Below, in pieces: positions 49,314 through 59,593 of a stretch of DNA of 64,000 bases (positions are counted from its first letter, which is position 1; each line of letters starts with the position of its first letter). This stretch comes from Candidatus Aminicenantes bacterium. Lineage in GTDB: Bacteria > Acidobacteriota > Aminicenantia > UBA2199. The notes beneath the pieces are model-generated. The model was given only the letters and a program-made list of their open reading frames with translations. It was not told where the DNA came from and did not search any database. The stretch lies in assembly GCA_029938635.1 (NCBI GenBank), contig JAOZUQ010000001.1:14880-78879 (forward strand). The letters are read 5' to 3'. Made by a program: the position numbers and the translations under genes.

Positions 49314-50375
49314 CTACAATTTTTTCTGGTCCACTTTTGAACGGAGTTCCATTCTGTTGGTTAACTGAATGTTCCATTTGGTAAGTTTTGAAGCCAGTTT
49401 AATATTTATACCCTTTTTCCCTATTGCCGCAGAAAGTGTGCTGTCTGTCACTGTTGCTTCAGCCATTCTTGCCGGCTCATTCACTATGGAAACCATGGTA
49501 ACGTCAGCCGGAGTTAAAGCAGATGATATGAACCGTTCCGGAGACTCATTCCAGGCTATAACATCTATCCTCTCTCCCTGAAGCTCTTTCGTGATAGAAA
49601 GGACCCTATTCCCGTTCATTCCCACAACAGCACCGACCGGATCAATACTTTTATCGGTTGAATATACCGCAACCTTGGTCTTGATACCGGGTTCCCGTGA
49701 AACCGAAAATACTTTTACGATTCCCTCTGCAACTTCAGGAACCTCTTTCTCTATAAGTTTTTCAACAAAATTATTAAGATATCTTGATCCGAGGACAAGA
49801 GGCCCTCTCCCTTCCGGAAAAACACGTTTCACATAAAATCTGATTATATCCCCTTTTTTAAATTCATCTTTAGGGGAAAGCTCTTTCTCCGGAATTATTG
49901 CTTCTCCGATCTCAAGAGCAGCAATAACACCTCTATTCTCAATTCTACGAACCTCACCGGAAATAAGTGTATCTGTCAATTGAACATATTTTGAATAAAT
50001 AGTCTGTTGTTCAGCTTTCTGAACCTTATCCATGATAATATTTCTGGCTGTCTGAGCTGCAACTCTTCCAAGGGTTTCACCTGGAAGAAATATTTTTATC
50101 TCGTCACCAAGTTTTGCTTTAGAATCGTGTTTGAGCGCATCTTTCCAGGATATCTCAGAAGCATCCTGAGGATTATCGTTTATGACAAGTTTTTCAGTAT
50201 AGGCATTTATTGTCCCTTTTTCCCTATTGATTTCAACTTTGACCTCGGCTTTATGATCAAAGTACTTGTCGGCTACTGTGAGAAGGGCTTCTTCAATGGC
50301 AGAATAGAAAATTTCGGGAGATATACCCCTCTCCCTGCTTAACTGTTCTATACTCTTTAATAAATCTTCTGCCAT
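49314..50375 (-). CDS. nusA: Transcription termination/antitermination factor NusA
   Basis: N-terminal NusA domain, S1 and two KH domains, 353 aa. It is adjacent to infB. Confidence 0.95.
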   Translation of the reverse strand: MAEDLLKSIEQLSRERGISPEIFYSAIEEALLTVADKYFDHKAEVKVEINREKGTINAYTEKLVINDNPQDASEISWKDALKHDSKAKLGDEIKIFLPGETLGRVAAQTARNIIMDKVQKAEQQTIYSKYVQLTDTLISGEVRRIENRGVIAALEIGEAIIPEKELSPKDEFKKGDIIRFYVKRVFPEGRGPLVLGSRYLNNFVEKLIEKEVPEVAEGIVKVFSVSREPGIKTKVAVYSTDKSIDPVGAVVGMNGNRVLSITKELQGERIDVIAWNESPERFISSALTPADVTMVSIVNEPARMAEATVTDSTLSAAIGKKGINIKLASKLTKWNIQLTNRMELRSKVDQKKL

Positions 50376-50446
50376 TTATTTGCCTCTTCATTTTAGGTCA
50401 CGGGGTATTATAAGTAATTTTGAGTGAAAAATCAAACTTTTGCACG

Positions 50447-51553
50447 TCAATGCTGAATTTCTGCAGCAAACCAACTCCACAAATTTTTATGAAAAAGGAT
50501 GGAAGGGGGGCTTTTAATCAAGAAATTTTTAAGAGAAAAAAAGTTTCCTCCTTCAGGATTATTCGTGAAAAATTTCAACCCTGTATGAAGATATCTGTAT
50601 TCCGGGTGAAACTGGACCCCAAGCACATTTTTAAATTTTTTGTGTTCGATTGATTCAATTATTTTCCCGTCTGTTGAAGTTGCTGCTACAAAAAGATCTT
50701 TTCCTGTTTTTTTTACAGATTGGTGATGAGAGGATAATACCATTGGAGATCCTTTCAGATCCCCCACAATCTTCTTTAACAGGATGGATTTCCGGGTAAC
50801 CACTATCCCATGAAAAGCAGGAGCAATATCCTTTGATTCTCCGGGGAACAAAGCTTTTATATACCTGGAACTATGAATTTGTTCTCTACCCTTTTTTAAA
50901 ACCTGCTCAACAGACTTAAGTCCATACACTTCAGATGGAATGTCCTGAATAAGAGATCCTCCTGCAGCAACGTTCATGGTCTGTGCCCCCAGGCATATTC
51001 CAAGGACAGGATAATCAAGCCTCCCCTCAAGGAAGGGTTTGAAAGTAATATTCTGACTTCCTCCTATCAGATGAAAAAGGAATGATGACTCATACCTGGT
51101 ACGATATGGTGTTGTTGCCTCTGTCAGGAGAGAATTTTTCTCTCCATAGATTCCAGGCGGGATGTCCATTCCTCCAGTGAAAATTATCCCATCCGAAACC
51201 TCAAATATTTCTCTGAACTGAGATGTCCAGATGTTTTCCCTGAAAAAATCATCTCTTGTTACCCTCCCCTTCAATTCTGCAAAAGAGACCCATCGCAACT
51301 GTCTATCTGCAACATACTTCCGGGAAAGAGCATAATCAGTAAGTTCTTTTTCATGATACACACAAATGAGGTTTATTTCCCCGTCTCCAAGCAGGCCTGC
51401 ACCTTTCATTACAACAATATTTCTGATCTGATCTATAGTCGGGCGGCACATAACAATAACCGGGACTTTCTCTGAAACCATACTTCCCTCATTGGAAACA
51501 GGAAACATACCGAATATCAATATAACAAGTATCAGAAGTTTTGATCTTTTCAT
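50447..51553 (-). CDS. Secreted class-I glutamine amidotransferase-like (peptidase C26 / gamma-glutamyl hydrolase-like) protein
   Basis: Signal peptide. GICLGAQTMNVAAGG (nucleophile elbow with Cys) and a C-terminal His region. Confidence 0.5.
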   Translation of the reverse strand: MKRSKLLILVILIFGMFPVSNEGSMVSEKVPVIVMCRPTIDQIRNIVVMKGAGLLGDGEINLICVYHEKELTDYALSRKYVADRQLRWVSFAELKGRVTRDDFFRENIWTSQFREIFEVSDGIIFTGGMDIPPGIYGEKNSLLTEATTPYRTRYESSFLFHLIGGSQNITFKPFLEGRLDYPVLGICLGAQTMNVAAGGSLIQDIPSEVYGLKSVEQVLKKGREQIHSSRYIKALFPGESKDIAPAFHGIVVTRKSILLKKIVGDLKGSPMVLSSHHQSVKKTGKDLFVAATSTDGKIIESIEHKKFKNVLGVQFHPEYRYLHTGLKFFTNNPEGGNFFSLKNFLIKSPPSILFHKNLWSWFAAEIQH

Positions 51554-51650
51554 TATTCCTCCGGTTCAGATACAAAAGATAAAGGATTTTGAGCTCAAAA
51601 TCAAGTCCTGATTTATTGGATTGTCCACTGGTCTGTGATATCATTGATCC

Positions 51651-53918
51651 ATGTTGAAAACCTTCGACAAGTACATCCTTAAAGAAATCACAGCTCCTTT
51701 CGGGGTAGGGCTTGCAATATATACTTTCACCCTGTTGATCAACATGATATTCATCCTTTCAAACACCTTTATTTCGAAGGGTGCAACTACATTTACAATA
51801 TTAAAAATACTTGTTTTTCTTCTTCCTGACCTGCTTGCATTTACAATCCCGATGGCCACTCTCATGGGCGTTCTGGCCGGAATGAGCAGGATGAGCACTG
51901 ATTCGGAAATAGTCGCTCTTCGCACAATGGGTGTAAGTAATTTCAGGATCCTCAAGCCTATCATCATGTTCTCTGTTATCACCTGGATAGTTTCATCAAT
52001 TCTTATTATGTACATTGCACCCGAGAGCAATTATCAATTCCAGAAATTGAAAACAAAGATAATGCTATCCAGGGCTATGTCCAATATCAAACCAAGAACA
52101 TTCAACAGAGAATTCCCTACATACGTTCTTTACTTTAATGATATTGACAATAGGACAAATGAATGGAAGGGCGTTTTTTTATATTCGAGAAGAGACCGTA
52201 AAAGGGACAATATCATCCTCGCAGAGAGAGGGCGGATTATCCAGGACAAGGATAAAAGAAAGAGTTACTTCGCATTGAAAAATGCAACCCTGCACAGTTT
52301 TGAAAAGAAAAGCCCCGGGAAGAACTATTTTACTACTTCTCACATCAACTCATCCGAAGAGATCCCGGAACTAATGAACCTTAAACAGTCCCGGCAGAGT
52401 AAACATTTGATATTTCCAGATCTTATTAAAAAAATGAAGGAATATCCCGACAATATTTTTCTTGCACGAGAATACCACAGAAAGTTTGCTCTCCCCTTTG
52501 CCTGCCTTGCCTTAGGGTTCCTCGCTTTATCTCTGGGTATATCTACAAAGAAAGGCGGGAAGGTCAGCGGGTTTATTATTTCCCTCGGGATAATATTCAT
52601 TTACTATACTACTATCACTACATTTCAGAACCTAATCGTTAAAAATATAGTCTCCCCTTTGCTCGGCATGTGGGCACCCAATCTTTTTCTTCTTGTTTCC
52701 GGGATCATTTTCTACTTATACAGTTCAAAGGAAAAATCTCTGAACTGGGAGAAAATATTTACCCCTTTCAGAAGATTAGCACAAATAATAGGCAGGGAGA
52801 AAGGTTCTTCCACAGGAAACACCTCGAGGTTAAGAATCTTTAAACGGACAGATTTTTATATTATGAAAAAGATGATCTCTATGCTTATTCTTATATTCTT
52901 GTCTTTGATGCTGGTATTCTACATCGTCAGGATTGTGGAATTGATTGATAGCGTCATCGAGAACAATGTCCCTTTCTACCATGTTTTCAGATATGTTTAT
53001 TTTAATACTCCGGAAATGATCAGCTTTGTTCTTCCTGTCTCAATTCTGACATCTGTTCTTCTTACATTTTCTCTGATGAGCAAGAATAACGAGATCACTG
53101 CAGTCCAAGTTAGCGGGATCAGCCTCTACAGGATTGCCATCCCGGCCATTTTCGTAGGAATACTCCTCTCTATCGGTTATTTCATGATTCAGGAGAAAAT
53201 AACTCCGGATGCAAATAAAAAAGCAATGAAGACTCTGGATACTATATATAAACGAAAAACAAATACTGAACTTGAATTCGACAAATTCTGGGTGTCAGGA
53301 AAAAATAATTTTCTCTATTTTTATGATTTTATTGAAAAAAACAAGGGCCGTTACAGAAACTTCACGGCTATTCAATTTGATGAAAATTTTGACATGAAAT
53401 TAAGATTTACTTCAAAATTTGCATTATGGGCCAATCAGGATACTTTGATACTCAAAGACGGATTCACCAGAAAATTCAAGGGTAATATTCCCGAAGAATA
53501 TAGTGAATTTGTATCTGAAAGACTGAATATCCCGGGAGGAAAGAGCCTTTTCCTTAAAAAAATATCTTTCCCCCAGCACATGAACATTTCCCAGCTTAAA
53601 GAATATATCGCATATCTGAAAAACAACAGATCCGACGCCAGTAGATATGAAGCAAAATTGTATTATAAGTATTCATTTCCGTTTTCAAGCCTTATCATGG
53701 TGCTGATAGCGATCCCATTCTCATTTATGATGGGGAAACGGGGAACTCTTTACGGAATTGGAATAGCCGTTGGGATCTCAATGATATTCTGGGGTACATT
53801 CGGTATATCCAGTGCGATGGGGTCATCGGGTATTCTCTCGCCTTTCATTTCTGCATTCGCGCCTATAATACTATTTTCTACAATATCCATATGGCTTTTC
53901 ATTAACATTAAGACCTGA
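51651..53918 (+). CDS. lptFG: Fused LptF/LptG-type LPS export permease (two YjgP/YjgQ modules in one polypeptide)
   Basis: The first module starts MLKTFDKYILKEITAPFGVGLAIYTF. The second module starts at ~aa 400 (MKKMISMLILIFLSLMLVFYIVRIVELIDSV). Each has 6 TM plus a periplasmic beta-jellyroll. Confidence 0.7.
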   Translation: MLKTFDKYILKEITAPFGVGLAIYTFTLLINMIFILSNTFISKGATTFTILKILVFLLPDLLAFTIPMATLMGVLAGMSRMSTDSEIVALRTMGVSNFRILKPIIMFSVITWIVSSILIMYIAPESNYQFQKLKTKIMLSRAMSNIKPRTFNREFPTYVLYFNDIDNRTNEWKGVFLYSRRDRKRDNIILAERGRIIQDKDKRKSYFALKNATLHSFEKKSPGKNYFTTSHINSSEEIPELMNLKQSRQSKHLIFPDLIKKMKEYPDNIFLAREYHRKFALPFACLALGFLALSLGISTKKGGKVSGFIISLGIIFIYYTTITTFQNLIVKNIVSPLLGMWAPNLFLLVSGIIFYLYSSKEKSLNWEKIFTPFRRLAQIIGREKGSSTGNTSRLRIFKRTDFYIMKKMISMLILIFLSLMLVFYIVRIVELIDSVIENNVPFYHVFRYVYFNTPEMISFVLPVSILTSVLLTFSLMSKNNEITAVQVSGISLYRIAIPAIFVGILLSIGYFMIQEKITPDANKKAMKTLDTIYKRKTNTELEFDKFWVSGKNNFLYFYDFIEKNKGRYRNFTAIQFDENFDMKLRFTSKFALWANQDTLILKDGFTRKFKGNIPEEYSEFVSERLNIPGGKSLFLKKISFPQHMNISQLKEYIAYLKNNRSDASRYEAKLYYKYSFPFSSLIMVLIAIPFSFMMGKRGTLYGIGIAVGISMIFWGTFGISSAMGSSGILSPFISAFAPIILFSTISIWLFINIKT

Positions 53919-53974
53919 CTATGATAAATTATTAATGGAACTTTTATTCCCGGGAGCCGTTTAATAATTGCGGA

Positions 53975-54505
53975 ATGGAAAATAGAGTGTTAATTAAATA
54001 TATCAAAGAAGGAGACAAGAGAGGTTGGAATATGTTAATAGATAAATATTCAAGAACAGTTTACAATCTGGCATTTAATTTCTGCGGCTGCAGCGATGAT
54101 GCCAACGACCTCACTCAGGATATATTTATTAAAATCTATAAGAACATCGATAAATTCGATGAGAGCTTCAATATATCTTCATGGATAATCAGGATCTCAA
54201 AAAATCATTGTATTGATTATTGGAGAAAAAACAAAAAAAATAATTTCAGGATCGATCTTGAAGATAATCTGGTAAGGGATGAAAACTCTCCTGAAGATAA
54301 CCTTATAAAGAGTGGTGATCTTAACAAGCTAAGGGAAAAAATACTTAAGCTGAAACCCGAAGTGAGGTCTCTATTGATCCTGAGGGATATTCAGAATCAC
54401 TCTTATCAGGAAATAGCAGACTCATTGAACATCCCGTTAGGTACCGTCAAATCAAAGATTAACAGAGCAAGGATCCAACTTGCAAAGCTGTATGAGGATA
54501 GGTGA
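53975..54505 (+). CDS. ECF-type RNA polymerase sigma-70 factor
   Basis: Region 2 (DLTQDIFIKIYKNIDKF) and region 4 (HSYQEIADSLNIPLGTVKSKINRAR). Confidence 0.8.
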   Translation: MENRVLIKYIKEGDKRGWNMLIDKYSRTVYNLAFNFCGCSDDANDLTQDIFIKIYKNIDKFDESFNISSWIIRISKNHCIDYWRKNKKNNFRIDLEDNLVRDENSPEDNLIKSGDLNKLREKILKLKPEVRSLLILRDIQNHSYQEIADSLNIPLGTVKSKINRARIQLAKLYEDR

Positions 54506-55032
54506 ACAAAATGAATTGTAATAAATTTGAAGAACTTTTATCCGCATATCAGGACAATTCTCTCAGCCCTGATGAAAAAAAAACATTTACTGATCATATG
54601 AAACTATGCAGTGATTGTGAAGCGATCACTGAAGAAGTCGATCATATAAAAGCCATTCTTCCGGAGTTGAACAGAGATGTACCTTTTTTTCTGAAGAACC
54701 GGCTTTATCTCATTGGTGAATCTGATGAAGAACAGGCTCCTGTTCGAAATTATGCATACTTGAAGTGGGTCGCCGCCGGTATCGGGACAATGGTTCTTTT
54801 TTTGAACTTGTTTTATTTTACAAATATATTCCCGGCTGCCAACAAAACACTTCATACCGCTGTTGCAGGTGTTGAAAACTTTGTCGTTGAAGCCGAGGCA
54901 TTTATAGGAAGAATAAAAGAATCTAATAATCTCTTCATTTTTAAAAAGACCGAGGTTATTACGAAAGCAAATAAAAAAAAAAGAGACGCAAAAGCAAAAA
55001 GGAAAACAATAAGGGGGTTTAAATATGGATGA
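54502..55032 (+). CDS. Zinc-finger anti-sigma factor (ZAS type), single-pass membrane
   Basis: HMKLCSDCEA (HxxxCxxC) near the N-terminus and one TM. It overlaps the sigma gene by 4 nt. Confidence 0.6.
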   Translation: MNKMNCNKFEELLSAYQDNSLSPDEKKTFTDHMKLCSDCEAITEEVDHIKAILPELNRDVPFFLKNRLYLIGESDEEQAPVRNYAYLKWVAAGIGTMVLFLNLFYFTNIFPAANKTLHTAVAGVENFVVEAEAFIGRIKESNNLFIFKKTEVITKANKKKRDAKAKRKTIRGFKYG

Positions 55033-55513
55033 AAATAAAGATTATACGGAAAAAAAGAATCCGGGACTTGCAGCATTAATTTCCGGTCTCTTCCCGGGAT
55101 CAGGACTTTTTTATGCCGGGAATTACACTAAAGGATTCTCTTATATGCTCCTGTTTGCTCTATTGATCGTATTGCTGGTTTATTCTGCAGATGACGGCAG
55201 GCATTCGATGGCAGCAGATGTAGTAGTATTCTCTCTTCTGCTGGCAGGTTTTTATGTATTCCAGATCATTGATAGTTTTAATGAGGTCAAGAAGAGAAAT
55301 AGAACAAGTGAACCTGCTTCTGAAGAAGTTACATCTGAGATCTCATTAACAGGGTCTGTAATAATTTTAATACTGGGTGTATTGTTCATGTTAAGAAACC
55401 TTGATGTCATTAGCTATAGAAGCATAATAAAATTGTGGCCTCTTCTCATAATCGGGATAGGGCTGAAAATGGTAATAGAATACTTAGTAGTTAAGGAGAA
55501 TGAAGATGAGTAA
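55025..55513 (+). CDS. DUF5668/LiaF-TM-like membrane protein
   Basis: 4 TM. The C-terminal VIILILGVLFMLRNLD...WPLLIIGIGL motif is shared with the next small ORF. Confidence 0.4.
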   Translation: MDENKDYTEKKNPGLAALISGLFPGSGLFYAGNYTKGFSYMLLFALLIVLLVYSADDGRHSMAADVVVFSLLLAGFYVFQIIDSFNEVKKRNRTSEPASEEVTSEISLTGSVIILILGVLFMLRNLDVISYRSIIKLWPLLIIGIGLKMVIEYLVVKENEDE

Positions 55514-55694
55514 GAAAAAAGGCGAAACAATTTTCTGGGGGGTCCTCATAATCTTACTTGGGGTCCTTTTTCTTTCAAAAAATCTGGGGTGGACACACCT
55601 TAACATATGGGATATCGCAACTACATACTGGCCGCTGATCCTGATCTATATCGGGGGAAGGAACATTGTAGATTACATAATGCAGAAAAAATGA
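55500..55694 (+). CDS. Small DUF5668-like membrane protein
   Basis: 64 aa with WGVLIILLGVLFLSKNLGW...WPLILIYIGG, the same motif as the preceding ORF. Confidence 0.35.
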   Translation: MKMSKKKGETIFWGVLIILLGVLFLSKNLGWTHLNIWDIATTYWPLILIYIGGRNIVDYIMQKK

Positions 55695-56911
55695 AAAAGA
55701 AAGAATTATTTCTGATAGCCGGACTAATAATATTTGGATTTGTATTCCAGTATTTTGATTCCGGAGACATCTCTTTTATAAAGAGCTGCAATTCTGATCA
55801 CAAATCGATCAGGGACAAAAACCACCCTCATGAATTCATTGATGATTTTACTTTTGAAACCCCGGCAAAGATATTGATATTTGACAACCCTGCCGGTAGT
55901 GTTGAAATATCTCCATCCATTGACGAAAAGATCTCTGTAGAGCTTGTTAAGATTATCTATCACAAAGATGAATCAAAAGTTGAACAATTCAGGAATATGG
56001 TAAATATAACAAACAGAAAAGAAGGGGATAAGGCAATAATTGAAATTGATCCATCAGATGATGAATTCCCTTACACAAGGGTCAGAACCCATTTCAAAAT
56101 ATTTATCCCGAAAGCGACAACACTCAACGTAAAGAACAGGTTCGGTGATATAAGTATAAACGGTTCAGGGACATCTGTAATGGTTGATAGCAAATTCGGA
56201 GATATCAGTATTCAGAACATTCCATCAGATATCAGTATAATAAACCGATTCGGGAAAACAAAAATAAGTAATATAAGTGGAAAGATCGAGCTTGATCTGA
56301 AATATTCCCAGGCTGATGTTTCAGGATCATCTTCTATCGATTGCAGGATTTCCCATTCATCTCTGGATATTTCAGATATAAAAGAGAGTAGTTCAGTCAA
56401 GATAGAAGGAGTACACACCAAAATGAGACTCTCTGAAATAAGATCAGATCTTATTAAAATAAAGAACTCTCACAATATGATAAGTTTATCGGATATTACT
56501 ACAGACGAATTGTTGATAACTTCCAGACATTGTAAGATCATTGCAGACGGATTAGACTCTGAATCAATTGCAATAAAAAACTCTTACAACAGGGTCAGAT
56601 TGAAAAATCTTAAGGGAACATCTCTGAACGTCCTCCTTTCACACGGAGATCTTGATCTCTCATTAAAGTCTATGTTCAAAAAAATATTTGTAACCAACTC
56701 TTATTCCGATATTACACTGAAGATTCCGGGGAATACTGATCCTTCCCTCAGTATGAACACTAAATACGGAGACATCAAAAACAGATCAAATCTGGAGATA
56801 AGTTCAGTCAAAGCAAAATATCTGACAACATTTTCAAGAACAGGGATTGGTTCGGAGATTAATATCAATACCAGCTATGGTGATATAGTCCTGTCTGAAC
56901 TACCGCAATGA
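55691..56911 (+). CDS. DUF4097 ('putative adhesin') beta-helix repeat protein
   Basis: The true start is probably MKKKELFLIAGLIIF at 55691, where the track gives 55607. Repeats RFGDISINGSG / KFGDISIQNI / RFGKTKISNISGKIEL / YGDIKN / YGDIVL. Confidence 0.6.
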   Translation: MKKKELFLIAGLIIFGFVFQYFDSGDISFIKSCNSDHKSIRDKNHPHEFIDDFTFETPAKILIFDNPAGSVEISPSIDEKISVELVKIIYHKDESKVEQFRNMVNITNRKEGDKAIIEIDPSDDEFPYTRVRTHFKIFIPKATTLNVKNRFGDISINGSGTSVMVDSKFGDISIQNIPSDISIINRFGKTKISNISGKIELDLKYSQADVSGSSSIDCRISHSSLDISDIKESSSVKIEGVHTKMRLSEIRSDLIKIKNSHNMISLSDITTDELLITSRHCKIIADGLDSESIAIKNSYNRVRLKNLKGTSLNVLLSHGDLDLSLKSMFKKIFVTNSYSDITLKIPGNTDPSLSMNTKYGDIKNRSNLEISSVKAKYLTTFSRTGIGSEININTSYGDIVLSELPQ

Positions 56912-57018
56912 AGTTGAAATCTGATTTCTGAAGCTTTCTAAGAATAAATTGCCAGACAAATTTTCCTTGACATTGCCTGCTCAATCCATTAAAAATACTT
57001 ATTAATAAAGGGAGGGAT

Positions 57019-57909
57019 ATGAGCAAATCGAATTCAATCGGAAACAGGATCGGGATAATCGGTGGAAGCGGACTTTATAAACTTGATGCTATAGAAAACA
57101 TAAAACTTGAAGAGATTGATACTCCATACGGGAAACCATCTGATAAGATCGTTACGGGAGAGATCGGAGATGTAAACGTTGCATTTCTTGCAAGACACGG
57201 AGCAGGCCACAAACTTAATCCCTCTGAAGTAAACTACAGGGCCAATCTCTTTGCAATGAAAGTTCTTGGCGTGAACAAACTTATATCATCAACTGCTGTG
57301 GGATCTCTGAAAGAAAATATTAAACCGACCCATCTCCTCATCCCTGACCAGTATATAGATAATACTTTTAAAAGAGAAAAAACATATTTTGAGAAGGGGA
57401 TCGTTGCACATGTTTCGATGGCAAATCCGGTTTGCCCTTTCTATACCAGGATCGCATATGATACTGCAAAAAAGATGGGGCTTGAAACACACTTCGGTGG
57501 GACTTACTGCAACATGGAAGGCCCCCAATTTTCTTCGAAAGCTGAATCTGAGTCCTACAGGAGAGCCGATTGCTCAGTTATAGGGATGACCCAGGCTCTC
57601 GAAGCAAAGTTTGCAAAAGAGCTCGAGATGTGTTTTATCCCGCTGGCATTTATAACTGACTATGACTGCTGGCATCCCGAGACCGAGCATGTTACAGCTG
57701 ATATGGTTGTTGAAAATTTAAACAAAAATATTTCAAGCGGACTGAAGCTTATAAAAGAATTAATTACAGCCATTAACTCAACAGGATCAAATTGCCGATG
57801 CAACAACTCCCTTAAAGGAGCTGTCCTTACCGATCTGAATCATTTACAAAATGATACACTTAAAAGAATGAGACCTATAATTGAAAAGTACTTAAATAAG
57901 GAGAACTGA
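57019..57909 (+). CDS. mtnP: S-methyl-5'-thioadenosine phosphorylase
   Basis: RIGIIGGSGLY and the PNP/MTAP fold, 296 aa. Confidence 0.85.
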   Translation: MSKSNSIGNRIGIIGGSGLYKLDAIENIKLEEIDTPYGKPSDKIVTGEIGDVNVAFLARHGAGHKLNPSEVNYRANLFAMKVLGVNKLISSTAVGSLKENIKPTHLLIPDQYIDNTFKREKTYFEKGIVAHVSMANPVCPFYTRIAYDTAKKMGLETHFGGTYCNMEGPQFSSKAESESYRRADCSVIGMTQALEAKFAKELEMCFIPLAFITDYDCWHPETEHVTADMVVENLNKNISSGLKLIKELITAINSTGSNCRCNNSLKGAVLTDLNHLQNDTLKRMRPIIEKYLNKEN

Positions 57910-58974
57910 ATGAATTCCCCGATACTTGTGATCAATACCGGTAACACATCTACAAAGATCGCTATTTTTGACATGGAGAAACCTGTTTTTATCGAATCCA
58001 TAAAACACTCTGATGAAGAATTAAAAAACTTTGAAAATATTAATGATCAGATACAATTCAGGGAAAAGATCATTTTGGATTTCCTTGAAAGTAAAAAAAT
58101 AAATATTGAAGATCTAAAAGCCATATCTGCCAGAGGCGGACTATTGAAACCATTGAAAAGTGGTACATATATAGTGAATCATTCTATGCTCAATGATCTT
58201 ATCGAAGGTAGAAGAGGGCTTCATGCTTCACATTTGTCAGCACAGATCGGCTTCAGTATTGCGTCTAAAGCAGGTATTAACTGTTATATTGTCGATCCGA
58301 TATCAGTAGATGAACTTTGCCCCCTTGCCAGATATTCAGGACACCCTCTTTTTGAGCGAAGGATGCTTTCCCATGCTCTCAATATGAAGGCCGTATGTAA
58401 AAGGTATTCAGATGAAACCGGTGTGAAATATTCCGACCTGAACCTGATCGTGATCCATCTCGGAACCGGGATATCTGTTTCAATACATGAAAAAGGGATG
58501 ATGCTTGACGGTATTAACTCTAGTGAAGAGGGAACCTTTTCCCCTGACAGATCGGGAGGGCTCCCCATACTTCAGGTAATTAAATACGTCATTGATAATA
58601 AATCTGATTATAAAACATTCTCAAAAACCCTTTTCGGTGAAGGAGGCCTGAATTCCTATTTGAATACAAAAGAGTTCATGAAAGTAGAGGAAATGTATAT
58701 GTCAGGTGACAGGAAAACCATCGAAGTAGTTGAAGCGATGGCTTACCAGATTGCAAAAGATACAGGAGCTATGGCAACAATAGTAAACGGAAAAGTTGAT
58801 CACATCCTTATTACCGGAGGAATGGCAAACGCAAAGTTTCTTGTCAAACTAATAAGTGATAGAATATCATTTATAGCACCCGTTAAACTATATCCCGGGG
58901 AGGATGAAATGAAATCACTCGCAGAAGGAGTTACACGGGTGCTGAAAGAGGAAGAAACATTTAGAAACTATTAA
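57910..58974 (+). CDS. buk: Butyrate kinase (acetate/propionate/butyrate kinase family)
   Basis: ILVINTGNTSTKIAIFD, RGGLLKPLKSGTYIVNHSMLNDL, ~354 aa. Confidence 0.75.
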   Translation: MNSPILVINTGNTSTKIAIFDMEKPVFIESIKHSDEELKNFENINDQIQFREKIILDFLESKKINIEDLKAISARGGLLKPLKSGTYIVNHSMLNDLIEGRRGLHASHLSAQIGFSIASKAGINCYIVDPISVDELCPLARYSGHPLFERRMLSHALNMKAVCKRYSDETGVKYSDLNLIVIHLGTGISVSIHEKGMMLDGINSSEEGTFSPDRSGGLPILQVIKYVIDNKSDYKTFSKTLFGEGGLNSYLNTKEFMKVEEMYMSGDRKTIEVVEAMAYQIAKDTGAMATIVNGKVDHILITGGMANAKFLVKLISDRISFIAPVKLYPGEDEMKSLAEGVTRVLKEEETFRNY

Positions 58975-58975
58975 A

Positions 58976-59530
58976 ATGGAATCTATAAGGGAAAAACAGA
59001 GAAAATTTGAAGCTCTGATCCACAAGACAGAGGGGAGAATTGAGGCTCTGAAAACCGAATATAATTTATTTTTTGCAGGTGAAGTAAAGATCCCCCCGGA
59101 AAAAGAGAGAGTCAATATTGAAAAAGTTATTAGGGATATACAATCGAAAGACCTCAGGTCAGGTAAACTTGATTTCCTTCTCCAGAATTTGTCTTCAAGA
59201 TTTTATCTCTATAACAATATGTGGCTTAAGAAACTGAATCAGCTTGAACTCGGTACTATCAAAAGGTCCTCGAAAACACCGAAATATGAAAAAAAAGCAC
59301 CTCCAAAAGATATCAGCAAAAATTCATCCGTGTCTCTTAATAACGAGGATTCATTTGAATCTTTCTATAATGAATATGACAATATGGTCAAAGGCAGCAA
59401 AGGGAAGGGCAAATCTAAAGATGATCTTATCAATCAGATAAAACTTAAGATGATCTCAGAAAATATCATTGATGCTAAGATCAATTTGTCTGTCTCTAAA
59501 GGCAAAGTCAAAATAAAGATCAAAAAATAG
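58976..59530 (+). CDS. Hypothetical Lys-rich coiled-coil protein
   Basis: 184 aa. I recognise no motifs. Confidence 0.3.
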   Translation: MESIREKQRKFEALIHKTEGRIEALKTEYNLFFAGEVKIPPEKERVNIEKVIRDIQSKDLRSGKLDFLLQNLSSRFYLYNNMWLKKLNQLELGTIKRSSKTPKYEKKAPPKDISKNSSVSLNNEDSFESFYNEYDNMVKGSKGKGKSKDDLINQIKLKMISENIIDAKINLSVSKGKVKIKIKK

Positions 59531-59593
59531 CAGCCAGGGGGTCATCCATTAGAAGGTGAATTTCAATAGTGTAAACTTGTGGTGGTAGTCTGA

